A DNA stretch of 64,000 bases, from assembly GCA_030704615.1 (NCBI GenBank), contig CM060733.1, positions 39,494,001 through 39,558,000 of the forward strand. Direction: 5' to 3'. Within the stretch, counting starts at the first letter, position 1, and each line of letters begins with the position of its first letter. The translations under genes and the position numbers were made by a program. This document shows positions 22,600-35,821 of this stretch, one piece after another. The notes under the pieces were generated by a model that was given only the letters and a program-made list of their open reading frames with translations, did not search any database and was not told the origin of the DNA. This DNA comes from Takakia lepidozioides. Its lineage: Eukaryota > Plantae > Bryophyta.

Positions 22600-25500
22600 C
22601 ATCTTTTCAAATTTTGAAATGGCAAATCTGAAGAAAGAGAATGGACGTTGGGATATGTGTCACGTCGTCACATACACTGCCACCCCAATGGAGGGTTTTG
22701 CTACCCTCATCGTGCATTTCCTAGTAGAGCAATTCTCTCCATGCGTTTCTAGCTTGCCCACATGAATTGACAGCATTCCATTATACATGCCCAGAATATG
22801 AGTGCAAAAAGGCGCGTGTGAGGATACGACAGCGAAAGAAGACATCAGCAAACTCAGTAAGCATGTAAGCATGGCTGAAGAGGTTGAGCATGGCAAGATT
22901 TTGCCCCACCTTCTTTCTAATCTGCAAAGTCAGCTACAGATACCAAAGACAGGTACTTTCACACACCATGACTTGCAATGGAGGTCCCAATGGCACGGAC
23001 AGATACCTGATGAGAACACAGCTGAAATTGCATATATTCCTTAGAATCGGGTGGCGGACTTCATTGTTGGTGAGTCCTCCCAGAAGGAAGCCCCATGCAC
23101 GTTCCGCACTCATCAATAGAAAGACACCCCTGCTGGGATTCTCCAGGCACCACACATCAATAGTGCCATGAACATTACAAGGTATGAATTCATCTTGAGC
23201 ATGCCATGATTCATGAAAAATGAAATGAATGCTGCCACTACACAGGTTCTGTCCAATCCCACTAGCCATGCACTTATGCTTTTCATAAGAGCGGTTCTAA
23301 AAGGCCACTCATGTTTTTGGCGTAGGTATCACTGCGCCTATGGCCCACAAGACAATACCCTGAACATTGTGGAGGTAACAGAGGCTATGCGTGCGAAGAA
23401 ATGGCGTGCGGGTCCACCAAAGAAAAGGGGGAGAAAGCCTACAGTGGGGCCAGCATCCATAGGAAAAAAACCTAAACAAAAAAGGACTACAAACAACAAA
23501 ACAGGAGAAGGCATCAAAAGATGATGCATGTGCCGATTTGCTGTCAAGCAATGCTACATGGACCCTGCTATGGCAGAGATCATTTATTATGAGAAACAAC
23601 ATATAAATGGAAGAGGTCAGATATGCCACGGACCTTCATGTCACTTGAACCGATGTGCAATGGCTCCCCATCTTAGCGATGACATGAAATCATGGATTTT
23701 GCACAATTTGCGTCTTGGGCTGAGCATAAACAAGATAATGGCCAAGCACACCATGCAAGTGAAGGAGTTGATGGAGCAAGGGCTGGACGTCAGCCATGAC
23801 ACTTTTTTCCTCTCCCATGACATACGGAATATTGTGAAGCTATGCGATGAAGAGACATTCAAAAAACACCCAAATGATGCACATAGTGTCCGCATGTGGG
23901 TGCATGAAAATATGGCTAGTGTTTTCTACTACCAAGAAGAAAAGAACCACAAGGCTTGGACATCCAGTGACATCAAACTTGATCTTCCATTCGTTCTTGG
24001 CATACAGATAGTGTGGCAGCGAGATCAAATGTTGAAATTTGGCCATCACCGAATTGTCGCATGCGACGCCACCTTCAAAACTAATGAGAAGAAAATGGGA
24101 TCTATCTTTTTACTTCATTGCAATCGTTGAAGCAAGGTTTAAGGTATACTTGTCATACTGCATCCCCACATCGTACAAATCTCATACTCACTGCTTTCTC
24201 CATACAAATCTGCCTCAATTGTTGTACATTGATTGTTGTTTATGTAGTACCCGCTATACACCATGATGGTATTCGACGAGTGGTTGAATGGAATCCCAGT
24301 TGCATTCATCATTACAGCAAGATCAAAGGCAATCGATTTGGAGCCATGGATGTCCACACTGAACGGGAAGCTTCAGGCTCACCAGGCAAGATGGTGCCCA
24401 TATGCTTTCATTGTTGATGATGCAAATGCTGAAATAAAAGCAATCAGGTGAATCCCGATTCGCAACTCTCTGGAATTTTTTGGTTTTCTGCAAATATCCA
24501 CATTATAATGTTGTCACATGTCTTTCTATGTCAAGGCCGTGTGGGGGCAATCTGCAGTTTTTCTATGCCTTTGGCATGTGAGAAGAGCATGGCAAAAGAA
24601 TGTCGTGTCTAAGATCAAAGATGCAGATTTGTGTGCATGTGTCATGCAAGATATGTCAAAAATCATGTATAGTGCTGCAAAAAGCGAGGGTGACGCAGGT
24701 GAAGCATGGGCAGTGTGCGAACTTGTGAATTTGCGTTTCAAGTACCCCACTGTAAGTGAATTTTGTGACTACTTGGAACAGGAGTGGGTTCCTAAAGCTA
24801 AGATGTGGACAATGGGTTCTCGCAACATTCCACACGCAGGACAAGACACAAACGCCGCCATTGAAGCTTATCATGGCAATTTGAAGGCATAACTGAAATG
24901 CACAAAAAACAAACTGGTCAGCAGACGAGTCGATTGGCTCATTCATGAACTCACAGGTGATTTGCTTACTCATTACTGGTATATGTCGTATGCCAAAACA
25001 TATGGCTTCATCCGCAACAAGCGACTTGAAGGCTTTGTGTGCAGCTCTATTTTGCTTGCCAAACAGATTCCCGATTGCAATGTGAACCTTCCGTAGACAG
25101 AAAGGGGCATCGCCACTATCAAATGTATTTGGGATGAGGGGACTACCTATACGGTTCACAATCCACAGTCCAACTTGGGATGTTGCGATTGTCGTCATGC
25201 CCGCAAAGGTAATATGTGTGCGCATCAGGTGAAGGTGTTGCAAATGTTGCACCCCAACTTAGAAGGATGGCACCATAGCTAAATTCTATGGAAGCCTTAT
25301 TGGGAGCAGTAGAGGTGGCCTTCATAGTTTGTTTGCAACACCTCAATCACCAGCTGACATGCCTTCCAAAGCACCCATGTGTCCTACCCAAAACGCATCA
25401 CCATATTCCGCCCAGAAAAATCCATAGAATTACTGCCACTAATATCCAATGAGTTTGAGCGGGTTCTAGACATGACAAGACATAATAGGGTCTTGCAGCA

Positions 25501-25735
25501 ACATCTCCTTGCTATGATTAGAGCAGCCAAAGGGAAAATTTGTGACTTGACGTGCAGCATGGACGAGGGTATTCATCATTCCCAGGAAGACCCCACTCTC
25601 ATTGAGGTTGACAATGGAGCAACCAACTCTCTTGTGAGATGGAAAGATTTTCTGGAGGCGCGCGGTAGAAAGCGTCATGTGGCAAACCTGCCTGAACGGC
25701 AAAATGCAGCAAAGAGACAATTGTACGCATCTTGA
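22600..25735 (+). pseudogene. Near full-length MULE transposase with SWIM finger; multiple stops and introns
   Basis: YHCAYGPQD, CMCRF..H..CHG, HPNDAHSVRMWV, CDATFKTN, FIVDD, CLWHVRRAW, DTNAAIEAYH, RRVDWLIH and CDC...MCAHQ. Confidence 0.9.
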
Positions 25736-26416
25736 TGCACATGGAGGTGGGGGGTGGGGAGTTTATCATGCTCCTAGTGTGCAATACCTTGTTTGTTATT
25801 TGACCACAATGACATTGGTCCCAACATTTGCAATCCTACTGTTTCCATGACGTGCCATGCTTCATGTATATGTTTCGTTCTCAATGATGTGATTTTGTCT
25901 TCCGAAATTGTGTGGATATGCAGGCTACAATTACTATACATATATGAAGTGGTTAGTGCCGAATCATGAAGGCATGTTGATATGAAATTGCATGGATTCT
26001 GGACTGTGTTTGGTGTTAATTTTGCATGTCATGGCATGTGTTTTTCCCACAGGGTGTTGCATTCATTTCAAAATATGTGTCGTCCTTCAATGACAAGGTT
26101 TGTAGCATGACTCCCTATCAGACTTTGCATGTCATGCCTCCTCCCGTGAGTGCAAGTATGATGGTATCCATATCAGGGATAACTGCATAAGCACTTCAAA
26201 TATTACTTCGTCATTCCTGATTTTCACACCACCTACCTCATGCACGGATGTGACCACACCTTCCAATTGCACGTATCATTCATGCGCCACCCACCTCATG
26301 TTGTTGAAGAGAAGGTCGGTAGAACTCATCAATAGGCACTGTTAGCAGTAGAGCACCACGAATTGCATACTCTGTTATCATGTCTGGAGCATGCAGGTTT
26401 CCATTTATGTCCTCGG

Positions 26417-28100
26417 TGAAACCTCACTTGGGACATGGGGATGGGTTTTCCCCTTGTGAGTGTTGAAGAGGGCTCATCTTCTTGTAGTTGAGCCTCTATG
26501 AGCCTCTCCCACCTCCATAGCTATAGGTATTGAGAGGGAGTGTGGTGAGGGCTTTGTAGGGTGGATTCATTTAGCAAAGGTGCCATTGGCTTGACTTAGT
26601 TTATGTGATCGAGTGGATTCATGAGTGGATTGTTTCCATTGTGTGTTCACTTCCATTATCACTACACGAAGATCATCTTATTCTTCTGAGTGCGGAGTGT
26701 AAGGATTAGTTTTAGCACTTGTGTTGGTGTACACCAAGGAGTGAGAGAGCTAAGAAAGCTCAAGTATCTCACAAGGCTTGCAAGGTGTTGCAAGGAGGAG
26801 TGTTTTTGCATTGCATCAAAGAGGTGGAGAGCTCAAGGAGAGAGCTCTTGGGTTACAAGACTTCGCAGAGGTAGAGAGCTTAAGGAGAGAGCTCTTGTAT
26901 CACAAAGCTTGCATGGTTTTGCAAGGTAAGTGCTTGTATGTGCACTAAGGGTTTGAGAGCTTGGAAAAAAGCTCTTGCATCACAAGAGAAGCGTCTTGTG
27001 TGTGGAGAAGAGAAACACTAGGGTTTCAAGAGCAAGCTCTAGTACTTGTTCATGGTGTGAAAGAGAAGCCAAAAAGCAGCACACGCTTGGGTTAGAAACA
27101 CCATAGAAGGAGTACAACAAGGGTAGCTTGAGGAGCATTGAGTAGCTCAAGAGAAGCTAAAAAGTGGTTGTTTTATCCATGGTGAAATGAAGCCAAGTGA
27201 GGTTTCATTTGGTTGACAAACAAGCAAGCGAAGGCGGCGCTAGAAGAGAGTGCTTTTGCTAGTTCTATGAGTTCTTGGATTGCTCTTGGTGAAGCAAGTG
27301 ATTGACCAAGCAAGTGGCGCATGTGTGGAGCATGCTTTCCAAGTGTGGCTTCCAATTCAAGCTTGAGGAGAGCTAGAAGGTGAAGTGAGCAAGTTCATTC
27401 CTTGTGTATGAGGTGGTGCATGTTGTGGAAGAAAAGCCAAGGAGCTACATAGGCTAGGGCTTGAAGACAACAAAAGCAACCACTTGGAGAGCATCAAGAA
27501 GCTCAAGATGACTCCAAATAGAAGCATGTGGGTGAGAATTTTATCCATGATGATGTGAAACCAAGCCTAGAGTATTGAAGAGCTTGGAGCACATGTGGGA
27601 GATCATTGGAGGTGGTCTTCATGAAGAAAAGATATTGTGGCTCACGGCATGCATAGCAACTTCAACCATACATTAGCATGTGACAAGACAAGGAAGGGGA
27701 AGGTGAAGCTCATGCATTCATTCCCTTTTTGCTTAAGTTTTGTGGTGGATGGTTGATCAAGCAAGTGATGCTTATGTGGAGCATGCTCTTTAGGGCTTGT
27801 GACTTCAAGTTTGAGAAGATGAGCTCTTGAATAGAGGTGTGGATACACATTATGATGAATGAAGAAAACACCTAGGTCAAGAGATGGAAGTGTGTGTGAC
27901 TAGCCCATGCAAGGGAAAGCACATGGAAGATGGCATACAAAATTCAAATTCAAGCAAGGCTTGACGCTTGTCATTGGGCACATTAGCTTGCTATGAGTTC
28001 CAAGGAGATCAAGAGGAACTTGTCAATTTGGGATGAATGCATTGCAAACTAAGATAATGCAATCTTGCGTGCATGTTAGGGGGGAAGATACCATGAAGAA
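26417..28100 (+). mobile_element. Degenerate non-coding LTR retroelement remnant; its first ~180 bp recur at 36288-36469
   Basis: AAACCTCA(C/T)TTGGGACATGGGGATGGG...GGCTTGACTTA occurs twice, with internal duplications and a purine tract AGGGGGGAAGA at ~28078. Confidence 0.55.
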
Positions 28101-28149
28101 GGTGTTTCTTACTATACTCTACAAACCCTAGTCTCCATACTCTTCAAAA

Positions 28150-28330
28150 AACTGTGTATGGGATCCCTCTGCCCATCATACACTTTTGTGAAAAGAGTAT
28201 GGAACCCCTCTGCCCAACATACACTTTTGTGAACAGAGTATGGGCCCCCTGTGCCCAACATACGTTTTTGTGCACAGAGTATGGGCTCCCTCTGCCCCAC
28301 CATACTCTTTTGTGAACAGTGTATGGATAC
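28150..28330. repeat. ~41-bp tandem repeat, about 4 copies
   Basis: Unit is approximately GAGTATGG.CCCCTCTGCCCAACATACACTTTTGTGAACA. Confidence 0.85.
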
Positions 28331-29642
28331 AAGTGGAGAGACTTTGCCTGCCATACGTTTTCATTAAAAGTGTATGATATCTAGGGTGTATCTGGAGGAG
28401 TATTGCCTTTGGAGGATCTTTGGGGGGTCCTTTGAGGAGCTTTTGTAAGACACTTGAAGAGCTCTTGAAGGGGTGTTTGGAGGACTGTTTGGAGGACTAT
28501 TGGGGGTCCTTGAAAACCAATATTTGGCAAACATTTGGAGCCTTTGGAGGGCTATTTGGAGGACTATTTTGGGGTCCATGGAGGCTAATATTTGGCGAGC
28601 TTAAGGAATCTCTGGCAACTTGTCTGAAGGACTTTTTGGGGTCCTTGAGGGCCAAGATTTGGCAGGCTTTGGGGGCCTTGGTGAGATTGTTTGAGAGACA
28701 TCTTGAGGGCTCTTGGAGAGTTATTTGAGAGACCCTGGAAGGTAGTTATGTCTGTTGGTCATGAGCAAGAGCGTTTAGAGATAGGGGGAGACGAGTGGGA
28801 TGAGAGCATTCTGGGATTATGAATTGCTTTAGTCTCTCTTCCTCGTAGTCTTCCACCCTCTATGTAGGCCAAAACCTTTCCGTAGGTGGAGGCAAGAGTC
28901 AATCCGGGTTTGGGCTGGGGTGTCTTTGCAGGAGCGACACTGTGGAGTGTTTTTTTCGGTGTGGGGGAGTTACTGTCTTGATTTTCTTGTGTTTGGATCC
29001 CCCCCACACCTGCATGCTTGACTGTGCGCCATGTCAGTTTTGTGTGGGCGTTTGTTTTCATAGGAGGTTGGTCCGGATTTGATCACCGGCCAATCCTAGA
29101 GCATGCTGTCAGTACTGAGGCTGGGGTGATGATCAGTCAGACCACCATTGTTTCTCTTATGGTAAGGCTGGGTTAATGACCAGCAGACCATATGAGTGCT
29201 TGCGGTGGATGTAGGTGCAGGTTTATGTTACGAACCTAGTAGTCTAAGCCATAAGCTGCAACAGGTTCTCTACCCGGTTACCTTGTGGAAAGGGGGATTA
29301 GAAACAAGTTTACAACAGGTGTGGTTGTGAGTTTTCATCACGGAGGTGCCACCAGTTGCTGAGGAGAGTGCTGTTACAAGCACCAGCGATACTAGTGGGT
29401 ATACAAGACGAGGTGTGCGGTTTAGGCCACCTTCACCTTCAGTGTCTTCTGAGGAAGGTTCAGACTCAGAGTTAGGAGGATTCTCGCCGAGGGTGCAAGC
29501 CATTTCCGTGCCATTGTTGTGGGATACGATGGAGGAAATGTATGGAGCTACCAAGGGCCACGTCGGTACTCTAGAGCTGTGGGCACCATCAAGCTTGATG
29601 ATTTCATACAAGAGTTTGATAGTTGGTGTGATTTGCAGCTTT

Positions 29643-30420
29643 TGAACACCCAATCCTCCAGGGTATATCATGTGGCCCAGATACTCAATCTGGTTGTGGA
29701 AGAACTTGCACTTCCCAGGGTGCAATTTCAACCCATGCACTCTCAAACGCTCAAACAGCACCTGAAGGTGTCTCTCATGCTCCTCAACCGTAGCACTAAA
29801 GACGATGATGTCATCAATGTAACACCGGGAAAAGTCTAGCCCCGCGAGAATCCTATCCATAACCCTCTGAAACTCTGCAGGAGCATTCTTCAACCCAAAC
29901 GGTAGGAAGCGCCATTGGTAAAAGCAATCCTTCCCATGTTGGTCAATCCCCCAGAATGCCGTCTTTTGCTTGTCAGCCTCTTTGATTGGCAACTGGTAGT
30001 AACCGGATCGCAAGTCCAATGTACTAAACACCTTCGCATGCCCAATGGCATCAAAGATTTCCTCTGGAGTTGGCATGACATATCTATCGGACTTAGTCTG
30101 GCGGTTCACAGGACAATAGTCCCCACACATCCTTCGTTCTGTCCAATTGCCATAGATATCCTTATTAGCTGGCATCACCGTTGCCGAGGCATACTCCCCG
30201 CCTGACAACTCCACCAATCCAGCTTTGAACAACTCCATAGTCCGTGACTGGATCAATGACCTCTCCATGTCACTATACCTGTAGGGCCTTCGAAAGATTG
30301 GCATGTCACTTGCCAAATCAATACAAATCTCCTGACCCTTCAAACTCCCCAAATCCTTCAAACAGAAGGCAAAGCAATTTCTATAATCCCTTAGAAATCG
30401 CTGGATCCTCTGTCTCTCTC
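29643..30420 (-). pseudogene. Reverse transcriptase (inverted segment, cut at its C-terminus)
   Basis: RRPYR, RMCGDY, FSTLDLRSGYYQ, KTAF, LPFGLKNAPAEFQR, YIDDIIV and KCKF..IEYLGH. Confidence 0.95.
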
Positions 30421-30829
30421 CTCCGGTGACTGTAGGTCCAACATCTGGTTCCCAATTGTCCTCAGTGACTGCAACCTCTTGGGCATTGTCCGCCCAATCT
30501 GACTGTGGCGTAGCCTCCACTTGCTCTGCCATAACCACCTTGAGAACATCCTCTGGGGAAGAAACATTCTCAACCTCTTCAAAAACATTGGCCACCTTGG
30601 CCTCCAACTGATCCTCAGTGTATGGCTCTCCCCACTCCTTATATTGCTGCTTGAGAAATCCAATGACTCTCTCTTTCCGCATCTCATTCCACATCTGCCA
30701 TGGGTGTTTGCACCCCATGATCATGTGCTCGCCCCCACTCACTGCCTCAACCGTCCCGATTGGGGGATACAATACCAAATGGGAGTGCAGAAGTAGCCAC
30801 CACTGTCTGCAACCTCCGTTGCTCAGCCA

Positions 30830-31030
30830 TGCATAAGCCAATGACCCATGTCAAGCAATTTAGATCCATTGCTTGACCCAACACATGTCGGCGTGATGCC
30901 TCTGACAGAGCTGGCACAGCTGTAGTGCCCGTGGCAAATCCCATTGCCCGCTCTCGCTCATCTGCATTGGGCACAAACAAATCCCTGAGTCAGGTGGTTG
31001 CCAGGTAATGGGCACTGTATCCAAAGGAGC
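30830..31030 (-). pseudogene. Relic of a cytosine-5 DNA methyltransferase domain (C-terminal motifs IX-X plus an N-terminal stub)
   Basis: PNADERERAMGFATGTT..LSEASRRHVLGQAMD matches the E..R..GFP..T....R...LGNA/S pattern of C5-MTase C-termini. It is joined out of frame to PLDTVPITWQPPDSGICL. Confidence 0.72.
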
Positions 31031-31339
31031 TAACTGAGGAAGTCCAGGTGATGTCACTGAACTCCCCTCACTCACCTATGGATATGCCTCCTGCCATGTT
31101 TGGTGCACACACTCGCCTGCTATTCGATGCAAATTCCTAATTGTACCCCATAGTGGAATATGAACAGACACATGAGGAAGCAAATCAGCCTTGTATGCCA
31201 ATTGTTTGTCCTCATCAGGTGGTGGTCTATCATCTGCATGGCTATTGCCCTCCAAGAGCTCACCACCCCAAGCCACCACCCCTGAGAATGCAGCCAATGT
31301 GGGCATCATGTTCCTATGATCCATCGCTACATTCCCAAT

Positions 31340-31780
31340 AAACCGCACTGGGAGCAGTGCACGTCGACCATCCCCTGACTGCCATTCCGGCCTGTAGGAT
31401 GCCGTTTCCTCCCAAAAGTCCAAAGTAAAGCCCATCGGGTATAACACAGCCCCACCAACAAGCACATCATAAGACATCGCGTCCGTAACAATGGCTTTAG
31501 CTCTCATGACAAAGCCATCTGTAGGATGATCTAACTGCAATTGAATGAAGAGCTCATGGCGTCTAAACCGCCCAAAGATGTTTGAATTTGGAAAGGACAA
31601 GGCTCCAAATCCGCCTCTGTAAGGCCCAAGCCTGCAATTGCTGCTCTCCCCAACATCAATGGCTGTGCTCCCGAGTCCAACAAGACCCGCAGTGGCCTAT
31701 ATATCCTCCCGGCTTGGCCACCCAACTGAAACACACTATCTTGATTGTCCACTAGGACTACCCCAGGAGTCACTATACGA
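31340..31780 (-). pseudogene. Retroviral-type aspartic protease (inverted segment)
   Basis: RVLLDSGAQPLMLG ... YDVLVG, split by a frameshift. Confidence 0.8.
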
Positions 31781-31899
31781 CGCTCAATGGCTGGTCTAGC
31801 TGACAACTCCTGCAACTTTGCAGCTGCCGCTTGCCATGGCGCAGCTGTGGCTATTTTTACCCTTGAATCCAAGGCATCCATGCACTGCACCTGATCCGC

Positions 31900-33575
31900 T
31901 ATCCCCGTAGTAGTGCCGATGCATCACCACTCTCACAGAGTGCAGCTGCCAGTCTAAACACTGCATCCCCGACATTGCAATTGTCGTGGCAGAAAACAAA
32001 GGAGCTTGGCAAATTGTCGTAGCCGCCCCCAACAATGTATTGGCTGCACCTTGCTTTGCAGTACCACCCACTGGCATTTCCCGAGCCATACCAACTCTCC
32101 CCGATGACACTCGTGGCTCTATTTTTGACACACTTGGGCGAGCGGGTGCCATCGATGGCATAGTTGGCACTGTCTCAGCCAATGTGAAAGACTGTGGAAG
32201 CCTTTTCTGCCGACTTGCTTCCCCTCTTTGTGGATCAAAATCCACATCCGCTCCTCTTGGCTCAGGAGCACGCGTTGCTGCTTGAGTGACAGCAGCTGCA
32301 GAGTCCACACGCAATGGTCCTGCAAGTGCGGCTCCACGCATGAAGCCCATACCAATCTGGTCTTCTCTAGGCATAAGAGGTTGTGCAAGTGGGGCTTGAA
32401 CTTCAAGCCTTAGAGCTGGCGCAACATGAGTAGTGGCCATGGCAGCAAAACGTTGCTCTAGCTGGGCAAGTCTATCCACCATGCCTTGGTCATGACCTTG
32501 ACCCTGACCCTGTGCTCCTTGGTTTTGGTTATGTCCTCCACCCCAACCTCTACCTCCTCTACCTCTCTGGACTACATTGCCTTGTCCTCGGCCACCATTG
32601 CTCCCTTGGAACTGGCCTGGCCGTAGCTCAGGATGTAAGTCATAACAATGGGCCTCTTCATGCCCATACTTGCCACAATGCCCACATTGTAGTTGTGTAG
32701 GCTGTGCCTGTTTCCGAGCAATCTCCGGGCATCATTTTGCCTCTTTCCGGACAATCTCTCTTAACATGGGGTCCTCCACAATCCCAGCATGTCACACCCG
32801 ACTGTTGTTGGCCTGAGAATGAAGGATGACCTCTGCAATTGAGATCCTCTCGGCCCTTCCCTGGGCTTCGCCTGAGCCCCCTTGTTGCCTTGAGCACGTT
32901 GGGGTAGTGGTTGTTGTTGGCTAGGAGCCCCACTTCATTGTGTCTCCTGACCAAACCCCACCATGACCACTCGCTCCTCCACCATATTGAGCTCTATCCG
33001 CTCTGCCAGCAAAAACACATTTGCTAAGGTGGGTTGGTCCACTTGTAGGAGAGTTGCATCCCACACCCTTCTCCTCAGCTCCTTGTCCAGGATCCCATAC
33101 CAGAACTGGACTCCCTGGGCTTCTATAACCCCTTGGATTACGTTTATCAAGCGCCTCATGCGAGTGTAAGCCTCCCTCAAACTCTCGGCAGGCTTTCGTT
33201 GGAACTCTTGCAAACTCCGCAATTTCTCCGTCCTTATCCCCTGGTAGTTTCTCCTTAACTCCTCGAAGAACTCCACAACTGGGTTAAAGGCAGGCACGGG
33301 TATTGGTGCTGCAGCAGGAGCTTGGGTGGACTTCCCAGCTCCTGTTCCACTTGACGTCCCACTGCTGCTTGCAGAAGCTGCCGGTGTAGCTACCGGTGTA
33401 GCTACCGGTGTCACCAGTGCCCCTTGTGCCTCTAGTGATGGAGACATAGTCAGGTGACCAATACACCCGCCATTCCTCAATCTCCACCTCATGTCCCCGC
33501 CTAAACTCATGGTAGTCATCCATGGGCGGCCCCTCAAGGTGCTGAAACAGCCCCTTCCACGCCATAAAAGGCGGC
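31900..33575 (-). pseudogene. gag (inverted segment) with zinc knuckle
   Basis: WKGLFQHLEGPPMDDY, LQEFQRKPAESLREAYTRM and CWDCGGPHVKRDC; frameshifts present. Confidence 0.8.
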
Positions 33576-35821
33576 CATTGCACGCATTCCACGCCCGATA
33601 GATGTTAGCAGAGTTCGTGCTTTTATGGGGTTGACAAACTACTATCGACGGTTTGTCAAGGCATTTAGCAGCATTGCAAAGGCTCTTACTAAGTTTGACT
33701 AAGGTGGGTCAAGAGTGGCAGTGGGAGGAGCAGGAGGAAGCCTTTGAGGAACTCAAGGCTCGATTGACTTCTGCACCTATTCTGAGGCGGCCTATTCGGG
33801 GGCGGTCTTTCCAACTACATACGGATTGGAGTATGCTGGGGATTGGAGCAGTGCTCACACAGATGGATGATGAGGGAAGAGAGTTCGTAGTGGCATATGC
33901 TAGCCGCTCAAACAATGATGCCGAGACAAAGTATAGTTCCTATGAAGGGGAGTGTCTAGCTGCGGTATGGGTAGTGACACATTTCAGATGCTACCTCTAT
34001 GACAATCTCTTCACCCTTATCACGGATTACCAACCATTGAAGTGGTTGATGGAGTCAGACAAGCTTACAGTGAAGCTTGCACGGTGGGCAATTATGCTTC
34101 AAGAATACGACTTTCAGGTGGTGCATCGAGCTGGTATTGTCAATCGGGATGCAGATGGATTGATTCGTAATCCATACACGAGCAAGCATGATGATACTGG
34201 AGCTCGGTGGCATGGTGAGACGGATGAGGAGATGGTGCCAGGATGGCATGCATCTGCCTTTTTGTGCATCCTAGCAATGAGAGCTCAAGCTGGTCCATCC
34301 CATAGCATTGGTCATGTAGATGGTGTGCATGACGATCCGGAGATCAATGAGGAGCTTGGTGGTGCTAAGGATGTGCATGAAAATGCAGCAGTGTTGGCCT
34401 ACCTTCGTACTAGAGAGACAGCAGCCAATGTGACTGATAAGGAGAGAGATCGGATCCTACAACAAGCCAAGAGGTTGAAGTGGGAGAGGACTCACCTACT
34501 CCGAGTATGGGAGGATGGACAAGTGAGGATTGTGTCTCATCCAACACAACGAGCATGATTGGTACGCCATGCCCATGAGGAGTTGGGACATTTTGGGATG
34601 CGGCGCACTCATAGTTTGCTGCAATGACAGTATTGGTGGTGGGGCATGCACACGGATGTGCAACAGTTAGTGGCAAGGTGCATGGTGTGTGATAGAGTGC
34701 GAGCTTCTTTCAATGCACCTACTCCACAATTGCATCCTTTACCCATTATGGGTTTGGGCTATCGTTGGAGTCTTGACTTCGCAGGCCTATTGCCACTAAC
34801 GATTCGCCATAACAAGTATGTGCTGGTGATGGTGGAACATTTATCCAAGTGGATTGAACTGGTGGCATTGCCTGACAAGGCAAGTGAGGGGGCTGCGTAT
34901 GCATTCTTAGATCGAGTGCTTAGCCAATTTGGTGCTCCAGCCGAGGTACTCACGGACCAGGGGAGAGAGTTCTTGGGGGAGTTTCAGGCTTTGTGTGAGC
35001 AAGCCTTGATAGATCACCGCACTACTTCTCGGGATCATCCCGAGGCTGATGGCCTGGCAGAGAGGGTTGTACAAACAGTCAAGCGAGGCTTGCGCAAGTA
35101 TGGCTTGCAGAAGGGACACTTAGGAGATTGGGACCTTCAGCTACCTTGGTTGGCCATGGGCTACAGGTTTAGCAAACAAGCATCACTTGCCTCGTTCTCG
35201 CCTTATTTCCTTCTCTTTGGCCGAGAGCCAGATTTGCCTGCATCTATTCGCAGGGAGACTGCAGTAGTTCTCAACCTTGATGATCCGGATGTGTGGACAC
35301 AATCATGTGCCCAGCGGGCAGAGTTGTTCAAGAGAGTCATGCCTATGGCTTTTGAGAACCTTGCTATTGCCCAACATTGAGACACATTGAGGTACGCCAC
35401 TACACGTGGAAGGGGATATCGGCCAGGTGTTCGGCGTTTCCACCCTGGGGACTATGTGTATTTGCAGCAGACAGCGCCTACGACTTTGGATGTCACAGTA
35501 GGGCGTGTGATTCTAAGGGTCCGGGAGGTGTTGCCTTCAGGAGTGTTGATTCTGGAGGGTCGAGATGGCATGGTATGGAAGGACCATGTGCGCAATTGTG
35601 CGCCATGTCACCTTCCACATGTGGATGAGATGATAGATTCCAACCTTGCAGTGGTACCTGCAGGGTTGCGTTGCATGCTATGTGGGCATGCTGGTGGTGC
35701 CGCGACCATGTTGGTGTGTGACAAATGCTCAAGGGGGTGGCACATGGGATGCTTGACACCGCCACTTGAGGAGGTTCATAGTGGAGAATGGTTGTGTCCA
35801 CGATGCCTTGGACATAGGTAG
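33576..35821 (+). pseudogene. RT connection/RNase H, integrase and C-terminal PHD finger; several stops
   Basis: RAFMGLTNYYRRFV, LHTDWS, YSSYEGECLA, HEELGH..CMVC, SLDF, TDQGREF, DGLAER and C4HC3 PHD CMLC..CDKC..H..C..WLCPRC. Confidence 0.93.

Noticed and set aside
28150-28330. CRISPR-like array
   Set aside because: Units are contiguous degenerate repeats without unique spacers, there are no cas genes, and the context is eukaryotic.
29270-30841. 523-aa ORF as a single real protein
   Set aside because: It is chimeric: RT reads through the inversion breakpoint into antisense gag leader sequence.
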